In this document: one piece after another, positions 16,493 through 24,819 of the stretch
Layout: each line of letters begins with the position of its first letter
Numbering within the stretch: the stretch's first letter is position 1
Source of the DNA: Dehalococcoidia bacterium
Lineage (GTDB): Bacteria; Chloroflexota; Dehalococcoidia; GIF9; UBA5629
Length of the DNA: 32,124 nucleotides
Assembly (NCBI GenBank): GCA_007280145.1
Contig: QYPU01000040.1
Location: forward strand, 1-32,124
Reading direction: 5' to 3'
Translations under genes and position numbers: made by a program
The notes under the pieces: generated by a model
What the model saw: only the letters and a program-made list of their open reading frames with translations
Told to the model about the DNA's origin: nothing
Databases searched by the model: none

Positions 16493-17374
16493 TTATATCC
16501 TCTCTATTCTCTTTAGTCCAAAGATTCCGTAGGGCACAATCAGCAGTAGCACCAGCAAAATAACATACGGGATTACATCCTCAATACCAATTAACCAGGA
16601 ACCTAAATAAGCTGCGCCGAAGTGTTCGACTACACCCAGAATAATGCCCCCAATGAGAGCCCCAGGCACTGATTCCAAACCGCCGAGGATAACAGCCGGC
16701 AAGACTTTGAATCCGAAGTCATCAAGCGAATAGCCTACCGATAATATGGTGCCCACTATTATGCCGCCGACTGCAGCAGTTAGACTGGCAATAGCCCACG
16801 ACATTCCAAATACCCGCTTGACGCTTATGCCCACTGATTGGGCTACCTGTTGATTATCCTGGGTGGCTCTCATGGCAACGCCGATGCTGGTATACCTGAA
16901 AAACAGAATGAAGACAGCGAACAGGATGGCCGCTGCTACGAGAGACAAAGCGAAAATTGGCAACACATTTGCCCCCAATATATTGATTGGTTCCGCAGAG
17001 AGATAGGACGGAAGCGATTTGCTATAGACACCCCAGGCAATCAACACCACCCCTCGGAGCATGAGGTAGAGACCTATAGTAATCATAAGTATTGCCAGGT
17101 GGGACTGGCCAATCATACGGCGCAGAAATACAAACTCAATCAGCAACCCTATCGCAAAGGCAACTACCAGCGTTAAAATAATTGACACATAAAATGGCAA
17201 TCCAACCGTGATGCTTAAAAAATAACAAATATAGGCGCCAAGACACAGCAAGCTTCCCTGAGCTAGATTGAAAACGCCCGTGGCCTTGTATATGAGGACA
17301 AAGCCGAGAGCAACTATGCTGTACACAGCGCCAACCGCTATTCCAATAACCAGATGCTCTAATATAACACTCAT
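16493..17374 (-). CDS. livH: LIV-family ABC permease (LivH-like)
   Basis: ALGFVLIYKATGVFNLAQG, GVAMRA, ILGGLES, PYGIFG..IERI; ATGA overlap with the synthetase. Confidence 0.92.
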   Translation of the reverse strand: MSVILEHLVIGIAVGAVYSIVALGFVLIYKATGVFNLAQGSLLCLGAYICYFLSITVGLPFYVSIILTLVVAFAIGLLIEFVFLRRMIGQSHLAILMITIGLYLMLRGVVLIAWGVYSKSLPSYLSAEPINILGANVLPIFALSLVAAAILFAVFILFFRYTSIGVAMRATQDNQQVAQSVGISVKRVFGMSWAIASLTAAVGGIIVGTILSVGYSLDDFGFKVLPAVILGGLESVPGALIGGIILGVVEHFGAAYLGSWLIGIEDVIPYVILLVLLLIVPYGIFGLKRIERI

Positions 17375-19314
17375 CTGTCTTCGTCCTCCACTGATGCAAT
17401 TTGAACCGCGGTTGTTATTGTAGCCGTTCTACCATCCCGGTAGGTAACCTTAGCCTCGGCAGTATATTCCATTTTGTCTCCGTACAGGGCTTCTATCATG
17501 TCCAGGTAACGCTGGCTAACTTCCTTTCGCCTCAACTTCCTCGTTCTGGTTAACTCAGCGTCATCGGCATCCAGCTCCTTGTGCAGTAAAGCAAACCTCC
17601 TTATCCTCTGCTTCTCAGGTAAACGCCTATTTATACCCACCACATCTTTTCTGATAAGGTCATAGACTTCCGGTTTCTGGGACAGGTCAACAAATGTGGT
17701 ATAGGGGATACGGTGCACCTCAGCCCATTTCCCCAGGTTGGGAAAATCAATACTAATTAGAGCACCGACAAACTCCTCATCATCACCAGTGATAACAGCA
17801 TCCCTGATATAAGGCGAGAATTTAAGCTTATTCTCGATATATGAAGGCGAGAAACCAGTCCCATCACTTAGAGTTCCGAGGTCAGCCAGCCTGTCAATAC
17901 ACACTAGATGACCCCGTTCCGTAATAAAGCCAGCATCACTGGTATGTACCCAACCCTGCTCATCAATAAGTTTTGCCGTAGCCTCAGGATTGTTATAGTA
18001 GCCAAGCATCTTCTGCGGGCCTCTCTCGAGAATTTCGCCATCTCCGGATATCCTCAGCTCGGTATAAGGCGTAGCCACCCCAGAGGTTTCAGAATCGATA
18101 TCACCTTTCATATGCATAGCTGTCGGTGTGCACTCAATCATTCCATACATCATTCGGGCATCAATCCCCAGAGCAACAAAGAAATCGAAAACTTCAGAAG
18201 CCATGGAAGCACCACCAATAAGCATAACCCTATTCCCTGAATAGGCCAGCCAGTCCTTGATTGGCCTAAATACTAGAAGATAACCGAGGGCATAGACCGC
18301 CCGCCAAAACAAATTCACCTTCTGATTATTGCGTTTCAGTTGAGCTATCTTGTAGCCAACAGGCATAAATAGCTGATAGACGAATCTCTTCAAAAAGCTG
18401 GCATCGGCAATCTTTACCTGCACGAAAGAGACCTCATTCTCCAGCAATCTTGGAACTGTTGATGCTTTCGTTGGCCCTACTTCTCTCACATCTACCGCCA
18501 CGGTTTCTGGCTCCTCGGGGAAATTCACCGTAGCGCCACCTTTTATGAATGCTGGTATAAGATATAAAAACTCAGCACCATAGGCGAGGGGAAAAGCCGA
18601 AACGAACTCATCACTCTCTCCAGTAAGTGGTAGCGTATCCCAACAGCGGCTCGCTGCTAGAACGCTCCGTGAGCAGTGCACTATCCCCTTCGGTAAACCT
18701 GTAGTTCCTGACGAATAGGTTAACATGACAGGGTCTTCTTCATCACTATTCTCAATAATCTGCTCTAACAGGCCAGGATGTTCCTTCTCATATTCTCTAC
18801 CAAGCTCCACCACTTTATCAAAACGCATCAGAATAGGGTCATCATAGAATCTGAGCCCCTTCGGGTCCCAATATATTACCTTACTTATTGCCGGCACTTC
18901 CTCAATGATAGGCTTTTGCTCCTTGCCCTCCCTATCCCTGTACGGAAAGATAAGCTTGTCAACCTGCTCCTGGTCCTCAACAACCACAAAGGTGCTGCCA
19001 GACTGAGTGATGACATATTTTATTTCCTGGGGGCCAGAATCCTGGTAGGCACCGGTTGGGACACCTCCACAGCATATGGCAGCAAACTCGGCGAAATACC
19101 ATTCAGGCTCATTATCACCTATTATGGTAATCCTATCACCAGACTTAAACCCCAGGCTCATCAGCCCAAGAGCAAAATATTTGGACTGCTCCCACCACTC
19201 CTTCCATGTATAAGGCTGCCATACTCCAAAGTTCTTATAGCGCAGGGCTACCTTCTTGCTCCCATATTTATCACAGGTCTGCTTAAACAGCTTGGATATC
19301 GTATCCCCTGGCAT
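17371..19314 (-). CDS. Long-chain-type acyl-CoA synthetase (AMP-binding) embedded in the ABC transporter
   Basis: YSSGTTGLPKG, YGMIE, GWVHTSDAG, SPSYIENKLKFSPYI, ELTRTRKLRR. Confidence 0.9.
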   Translation of the reverse strand: MPGDTISKLFKQTCDKYGSKKVALRYKNFGVWQPYTWKEWWEQSKYFALGLMSLGFKSGDRITIIGDNEPEWYFAEFAAICCGGVPTGAYQDSGPQEIKYVITQSGSTFVVVEDQEQVDKLIFPYRDREGKEQKPIIEEVPAISKVIYWDPKGLRFYDDPILMRFDKVVELGREYEKEHPGLLEQIIENSDEEDPVMLTYSSGTTGLPKGIVHCSRSVLAASRCWDTLPLTGESDEFVSAFPLAYGAEFLYLIPAFIKGGATVNFPEEPETVAVDVREVGPTKASTVPRLLENEVSFVQVKIADASFLKRFVYQLFMPVGYKIAQLKRNNQKVNLFWRAVYALGYLLVFRPIKDWLAYSGNRVMLIGGASMASEVFDFFVALGIDARMMYGMIECTPTAMHMKGDIDSETSGVATPYTELRISGDGEILERGPQKMLGYYNNPEATAKLIDEQGWVHTSDAGFITERGHLVCIDRLADLGTLSDGTGFSPSYIENKLKFSPYIRDAVITGDDEEFVGALISIDFPNLGKWAEVHRIPYTTFVDLSQKPEVYDLIRKDVVGINRRLPEKQRIRRFALLHKELDADDAELTRTRKLRRKEVSQRYLDMIEALYGDKMEYTAEAKVTYRDGRTATITTAVQIASVEDEDR

Positions 19315-19340
19315 TACTTAAACTCCCACCACTATGTGGC

Positions 19341-20132
19341 TCATGCTGCCGCTTTACCTAAATAAGCTTTAATAACATCAGGGTTGCCCTTGACCTCACT
19401 CGGCTTGCCCTCAGCAATCTTCCGCCCAAAATCAAGAACAACCACCCTGTCCGATATATCCATCACTACGCCCATGTCATGTTCAATAAGGACTATGGTG
19501 TTGACTCGCTCCTCATATATATCCAGAATGAACCTGGCCATATCCTCTTTCTCTTCCAGGTTCATTCCGGCCATAGGCTCATCCATTAAAAGCACCCTGG
19601 GCCCCAGGGCCAACGCCCTGCCTAGCTCGACTCTCTTGCGCAACCCATAAGGAACGGTACCCACGACCTGCTTTCTTATCGCCTCTATCTCCAGGAAATC
19701 AATAATATCTTCTATCGCCCTTCGCTGTTCAACTTCCTCCCGGTGGGTTCTACCCAAGTAAACACCACCCAGAATAGAACCAACAAGCCCGCCCGTCATA
19801 TAAAAATGCCTGCCAGCAAGCAGGTTATCCTGGACGCTCAATCCAGTAAACAACTCGATATTCTGAAACGTCCTGGCAATACCAAGCCCGGCAATTTTGT
19901 GGCTCTGCAGACGGGTAATATCCCGACCCTCAAAATAAATATTACCCTGCTGAGGGCGATAGAATCCGTTTATACAATTAAGAATACAGGTCTTACCAGC
20001 ACCATTGGGACCAATTATTGAGAGTATCTCACCTTCCCTGACATCCAGGCTAACATCAATCAGGGCATGAACCCCCCCAAAGCTAAGATGAAGGTGCTCC
20101 AGTTTTAACTTAGCTTTATCTTCTGAAACCAC
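19341..20132 (-). CDS. livG: LIV-family ABC ATP-binding subunit (LivG-like)
   Basis: FGGVHAL, GPNGAGKT, RTFQN, PYGLRKRVELGRAL, DEPMAGMN, IEHD, AYLG. Confidence 0.92.
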   Translation of the reverse strand: MVSEDKAKLKLEHLHLSFGGVHALIDVSLDVREGEILSIIGPNGAGKTCILNCINGFYRPQQGNIYFEGRDITRLQSHKIAGLGIARTFQNIELFTGLSVQDNLLAGRHFYMTGGLVGSILGGVYLGRTHREEVEQRRAIEDIIDFLEIEAIRKQVVGTVPYGLRKRVELGRALALGPRVLLMDEPMAGMNLEEKEDMARFILDIYEERVNTIVLIEHDMGVVMDISDRVVVLDFGRKIAEGKPSEVKGNPDVIKAYLGKAAA

Positions 20133-20172
20133 TCAAGCTCCTTAATCTAAATAAGCTGCCGCACAAAGCAAG

Positions 20173-20853
20173 CTATTTAACACCTACGCTGGGATGTCTT
20201 TCTGTATCCTTACGGCTCCCGGCGGCTGCTCTTGTGTCTACCAGTATCGCCTTCAGGATAGATTCAGTCTGTTCTCTTATGTACTCCTCCAACGTGCAGC
20301 GTTTTCTCAAAAACCAGCGCCTGATTGCCCACATGTGGCCGAGAACAATTATGTTATGCGCCACCACCGTAGGATTATCAATCTTGAATTCCCCGGCTTC
20401 AACCCCCCACCTCAACAACTTCTCACAAGCAGCTACATCACGGGCTGCAGCATCAAGAACACGTCGTCGAGCATTTGAATCCAGGCCCTTTGTTTCTTGA
20501 TATGTAAAGAGGCACAGATTCTGGCCATCATCGATCAATCGGTAGTACATCTTAATAAACTCACGAAGGGCTTCTGTCGGGCTGATATCACCCAATCTAC
20601 TGGAGAAGCCCTCAACCACTTCTGATAGCCTGGATAACCCATCGTTGATAAACAAGTAGAGAATATCTTCTTTTGAACCAACATAGTGGTACAGGGCACC
20701 GATACTCATATTACAGGCTGCAGCCATTTCACGCATATTTGTTCGGTCATATCCCTTTTCCACAAACACCTTGGCCGCACCCTGAATTATCTGCATTCTG
20801 CGCAACTTGACTAAGGTCTCATCATGGCTGTAAGTGCGCATATCATCATTCAT
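20173..20853 (-). CDS. TetR/AcrR-family transcriptional regulator (module B)
   Basis: HTH FVEKGYDRTNMREMAAACNMSIGALYHYVGSKEDIL; HMWAIRRW. Start re-called at ATG 20853 because GTG 20895 lies inside the operator palindrome. Confidence 0.92.
   Translation of the reverse strand: MNDDMRTYSHDETLVKLRRMQIIQGAAKVFVEKGYDRTNMREMAAACNMSIGALYHYVGSKEDILYLFINDGLSRLSEVVEGFSSRLGDISPTEALREFIKMYYRLIDDGQNLCLFTYQETKGLDSNARRRVLDAAARDVAACEKLLRWGVEAGEFKIDNPTVVAHNIIVLGHMWAIRRWFLRKRCTLEEYIREQTESILKAILVDTRAAAGSRKDTERHPSVGVK
20270..20450. repeat. 181-bp direct repeat, copy 2 (copy 1 at 10063..10243)
   Basis: Manual ungapped alignment at offset 10207. Confidence 0.92.
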
Positions 20854-20879
20854 ATGAAGCTCTTGCCCCCTGGTTAGTG

Positions 20880-20899
20880 TAGAGCGAACATTCACTCTA
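20880..20899. promoter_or_regulatory. Putative TetR operator palindrome
   Basis: TAGAGCGAA-CA-TTCACTCTA (8/9 symmetric), overlapping the predicted transcription start. Confidence 0.7.
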
Positions 20900-20902
20900 T
20901 GT

Positions 20903-20931
20903 AGAATACTAAAACCTTAAAGTCTTGTCAA
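20903..20931 (-). promoter_or_regulatory. Sigma70-type promoter of module B
   Basis: TTGACA (20931-20926), 17 nt, TATTCT (20908-20903) on the minus strand. Confidence 0.7.
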
Positions 20932-20970
20932 CGCATCTTCTCAGCATTAAGGGTTATTTAACACGCTCTT

Positions 20971-21765
20971 TTAGTCAGAGAATCGAGGCAGTCTCTTTTC
21001 TATAAAAGCCTGTACGCCTTCCTCCACATCCCCGGAAAGGCCAAGCCTTTCCACAAGCTCAGGTTCACACGGATACAGGTCAGCCATCTTCGACAATGAT
21101 GCTGCGTTAACTATCTTCTTGCATATCCTCACCGCCAAAGGGCCTTTGGTAGCAATCTTACCTACTAACTCGTGACAGGAACTCATCAACTGCTCTGGAG
21201 GCACAACCTTATTTACCAGTCCTATCCTCAGCGCCTCTTGAGCATTAACGTTATCGCAGGTCATAATCATTTCCTTAGTCTTCGATGGTCCTATCAAGGT
21301 AGTAAGGCGAGGAGTAGCCCCCCAGGTAAAGAAGATTCCCAGACTAGCTTCCGGGATACCAAAGACAGCGTTCTCAGAGGCAATTCTGAAATCGCAATTC
21401 ATAGTCAGGCAGAGTCCTGCCCCTACGGCGGCGCCATTGACCGCAGATATCGTTACTTGTTCCAGATTCTCCATCGTATGCATAAAATCATGCCCAAATA
21501 ACTGCCACAACCTTTCATTCGCCAGCTCAGGCCTGACATATCTTTCGTCCATCGCCTTTTTGGTAAACTCGACTCCGCAGGAGAAAGCCTTGCCTGCCCC
21601 GGTGAATATCACAAAACGCGTCTTTTGGTCTCCCCTCAACTCGGCCAACAGGTCTTTCAGCTCCAGGAGCATCTGCGTATTCATAGCATTCAGAATAGCA
21701 GGACGATTCAATGTCACCGTCGCCATATTGCCTGACTTTTCCACCAGCAATGTTTCGTATTGCAT
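20971..21765 (-). CDS. Enoyl-CoA hydratase/isomerase (crotonase) family protein
   Basis: TLNRP..LNAMN, TGAGKAFSCG, AVNGAAVGAG, CDFRIA, PEASLG, AQEALRIGLVNKVVP, AFIEKR.P.F; start ATG 21765 or 21771. Confidence 0.9.
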   Translation of the reverse strand: MQYETLLVEKSGNMATVTLNRPAILNAMNTQMLLELKDLLAELRGDQKTRFVIFTGAGKAFSCGVEFTKKAMDERYVRPELANERLWQLFGHDFMHTMENLEQVTISAVNGAAVGAGLCLTMNCDFRIASENAVFGIPEASLGIFFTWGATPRLTTLIGPSKTKEMIMTCDNVNAQEALRIGLVNKVVPPEQLMSSCHELVGKIATKGPLAVRICKKIVNAASLSKMADLYPCEPELVERLGLSGDVEEGVQAFIEKRLPRFSD

Positions 21766-21802
21766 CTTCATCTCAAAACTATATTCAAAGGAAAGCAAAA
21801 TT

Positions 21803-23272
21803 TTAAGAGCCAAAAATCCTGGCGGCAGCTTCAGCTATGCCAATAAAACAACCGGGGACAACACCTAAAAGTAAGACGAAAAGGCAGCAGAGAAACAGGG
21901 CGGTACGCAGAGCCCACGATGAAGGCACTTTTCCCTCCGAGGCTGGGGCCTCTAACCACATGACCTTGACCACCCTGAAGTAGTAGTAAGCCGAGATACA
22001 ACTGTTTATCACACCTATGATTACCAACCACAGTAAGCCGTGATGTATTGCCCCACTGAAAATGTAAATCTTGGCGATAAGCCCCGCCGTAGGTGGCAAG
22101 CCAGTCAATGAAACCAGGCAAAGAGTCAAAGCCAAAGCAAGCAACGGCGCCCGCTTGCCCATCCCGGCATAATCATCAATCATATCGCTATCAATCCTGT
22201 TGGAAATAGCGATAATAGCAATAAAAGCGCCAAGATTTGTAACTGCATAGCTCGCCAGGAAGAAAAGCAGTCCACTCTGCCCCAGGGCATCAGTACCCGC
22301 CGCCATCCCCACTGTAGCCAACCCCACCATAAGGTAGCCAGCCTGAGCTATGCTAGAATAACCGAACAGTCGCTTGATGTTGGTCTGAACGATAGCCACC
22401 ACATTACCCACCGTCATAGTAATGGCACTCAAGACAGCAAATAGCATTCCCCAATCGAGGCTGAGCCAGACTGGAGCACCAAAGGTGACAAAGAAAACAC
22501 GGAGAACAACAGCAAAGCCAGCAGCTTTACTAGCTACGGAAAGGTAGGCAGTAATGGGCGTTGGTGCACCCTCATAAACATCAGGCACCCACATCTGGAA
22601 GGGGACACAGGCAATTTTGAAGCCAAAGCCAGCAATTAAAAGGATAATGCCCAAAAGCAGAGCTGGACTCTCCAAAAGGCCAGCGATAGGCAGCCCCTGA
22701 ATGACATCAGCAATGCATATCAAGCAAGTATGCCCGGTAAGCCCAAAGACCAGAGCCATACCATAAAGCAGTACCGCTGAGGCAACAGCGCCCACAAGCA
22801 AGTATTTCAACCCGGCTTCAGTCGACTTCTGGTCCTTCAAAAAGCTTGCCAGTACATAAAGCGAAATGCTGCTTAGCTCCAGAGCAACATAGATTGAAAT
22901 CAGGTCAGTAGCTGCTGCCATCAACATCATGCCAAAGGTAGAGAGCAACACCAATGCATAATATTCACCTTGAAATCTCTCAAATTTGCTCACATAGTCC
23001 TGTGATGCCAGTATGACCAGGCCGGCCGCTACCAGAAGCAATAATTTGAAGAAAAGAGCAAAACGGTCAACTGCTACCATGCCATAGAAGATATCAACAG
23101 TGGGTGCTCCCCACATCAGCAGCGTGAAACCAGCCGAAACTATCAAGCCAGCAATGCTGACACCAGCCAGAACCTTCTTCTGTTTGATAAACAGGTCAAG
23201 CAGAATCACCAGCAAGGCGAAACCCAGCAGGCTAAGTTCCGGCATTATTAACTGAAGCTCACTAATTATCAT
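21803..23272 (-). CDS. nuoN: NADH-quinone oxidoreductase-like subunit N
   Basis: EAGLKY, GFGFKIACVPFQMWVPDVYEGAPTP, NIKRLFGYSSIAQAGY. Confidence 0.95.
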   Translation of the reverse strand: MIISELQLIMPELSLLGFALLVILLDLFIKQKKVLAGVSIAGLIVSAGFTLLMWGAPTVDIFYGMVAVDRFALFFKLLLLVAAGLVILASQDYVSKFERFQGEYYALVLLSTFGMMLMAAATDLISIYVALELSSISLYVLASFLKDQKSTEAGLKYLLVGAVASAVLLYGMALVFGLTGHTCLICIADVIQGLPIAGLLESPALLLGIILLIAGFGFKIACVPFQMWVPDVYEGAPTPITAYLSVASKAAGFAVVLRVFFVTFGAPVWLSLDWGMLFAVLSAITMTVGNVVAIVQTNIKRLFGYSSIAQAGYLMVGLATVGMAAGTDALGQSGLLFFLASYAVTNLGAFIAIIAISNRIDSDMIDDYAGMGKRAPLLALALTLCLVSLTGLPPTAGLIAKIYIFSGAIHHGLLWLVIIGVINSCISAYYYFRVVKVMWLEAPASEGKVPSSWALRTALFLCCLFVLLLGVVPGCFIGIAEAAARIFGS

Positions 23273-23320
23273 CAAACTAAACCACTCCGGCTAAAAAGTA
23301 TCCTGTCTCTATCATCTTCA

Positions 23321-24814
23321 TCATAAACCTATTAACTTTACTATCGGCATAATGCCCATCTTGATAACATCAGTAAGAATAGCTGGATAGACACCGATGA
23401 GCATGATAACAGCCACAAAGGAAAAGATGCACACCTTTTCGATATTATCGGCATCGGGCACGCCATCATACTTCTCCAGCGGAGAACCATAAAAAACTTT
23501 CTGCAGCATCCATAATATATAGCCGGCAGTCAAGACAATCCCCAGAACACCCAGAAGGGTGTATATCTGTATGCCCCCGACAGCGGTGCTGGAGAAGCAG
23601 CCAACAAAGGTGATAAACTCAGCGGCAAATCCACAGGTGCCAGGCAAACCTAAAGATGCCAGGCCGGCAACAGTGAAGACCACTGTAATAACTGGCATAC
23701 GCCGGGCTAAGCCGCCTAAGTTGTCAAGATTACGCTCGTGCGCCTTATCGTATACCAGCCCGACCATAGCAAACAGAAGGCCGGTGATAACACCATGGCT
23801 GAACATCTGCAAGACAGCCCCGGTCAGACTTATCTGACTCAAGGCAAAGATACCCAGAAGCACGTAACCCATGTGGCTGACACTACTGTAAGCAATCAGC
23901 CGCTTCAAGTCTCGCTGCCTCATCGTTACCGCTGCTCCGTAGAGCACACCCACCACCGCCAAGGCTACCAGCAGTGGTGCATAACGCAAGGCAATCTCAG
24001 GGAAAATGCTCACACAGAGCCGAATCATCCCGTAGCCACCCATCTTCAGCAGCGCTCCAGCTAAAATCACACTGACCGCAGTCGGAGCATTTGTATGAGC
24101 ATCAGGCAGCCAGGTATGCAATGGAACCATCGGCAGCTTGATAGCAAAGCCGATAAAGAGCAAGAAGAACATAGCCGCAAACGGGATAACCGGACTAGCT
24201 ACAGAGAGACCACATAGCCCCATCATACCGAGGCTGCCGGTGGTGAAATAAATGCTCAAGATGCCAGCCAGCATCATGGCACTGCCGACAAGAGTATAGA
24301 TAAGATACTTATTAGCTGCATATTCCTTCCTGCCACTGCCCCAGATGGAGATAAGAAAATACATCGGGATAAGCTCCAACTCCCAGAACAGGAAGAACAG
24401 GACAAGGTCTAAGGAACAAAAGACCCCCAGGATGCTTGTTTCCAACAGTAGCAGCCAGATGAAATATTCTCGAGGTCTTAATTCAATTTTCCACGAGACC
24501 AGGACAGCCAAAAAACCAAGGAATGTCATCAGTATCACCATAGGCAGGCTCAAACCATCAACGCCAAGGTGGTAGAAGGCATTTATTGCCGGAATCCATG
24601 AGATTTTTTCCTCAAACTGCATCTGCCCGATAGCACCAGCAGAACGGTCGAAAAGACAAAAGACAGCTATTGACAAAATGAACGAGGCCAGGGTAAAGGT
24701 AAGAGCTGTAAGCCTTATGGTTCTCGCCTGGGGCTTAGGCAGCAAGGCAATCACAATTATCCCCGCTAAGGGGAGGAAGAGTATAGCCGTTAAATAACCG
24801 AAATCCAAATCCAT
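23321..24814 (-). CDS. nuoM: Complex I-like subunit M
   Basis: LGVDGLS, FWELELIPMY, KLPMVPLHTWLPDAH, DLKRLIAYSSVSHMG. Confidence 0.95.
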   Translation of the reverse strand: MDLDFGYLTAILFLPLAGIIVIALLPKPQARTIRLTALTFTLASFILSIAVFCLFDRSAGAIGQMQFEEKISWIPAINAFYHLGVDGLSLPMVILMTFLGFLAVLVSWKIELRPREYFIWLLLLETSILGVFCSLDLVLFFLFWELELIPMYFLISIWGSGRKEYAANKYLIYTLVGSAMMLAGILSIYFTTGSLGMMGLCGLSVASPVIPFAAMFFLLFIGFAIKLPMVPLHTWLPDAHTNAPTAVSVILAGALLKMGGYGMIRLCVSIFPEIALRYAPLLVALAVVGVLYGAAVTMRQRDLKRLIAYSSVSHMGYVLLGIFALSQISLTGAVLQMFSHGVITGLLFAMVGLVYDKAHERNLDNLGGLARRMPVITVVFTVAGLASLGLPGTCGFAAEFITFVGCFSSTAVGGIQIYTLLGVLGIVLTAGYILWMLQKVFYGSPLEKYDGVPDADNIEKVCIFSFVAVIMLIGVYPAILTDVIKMGIMPIVKLIGL

Positions 24815-24819
24815 TTACC

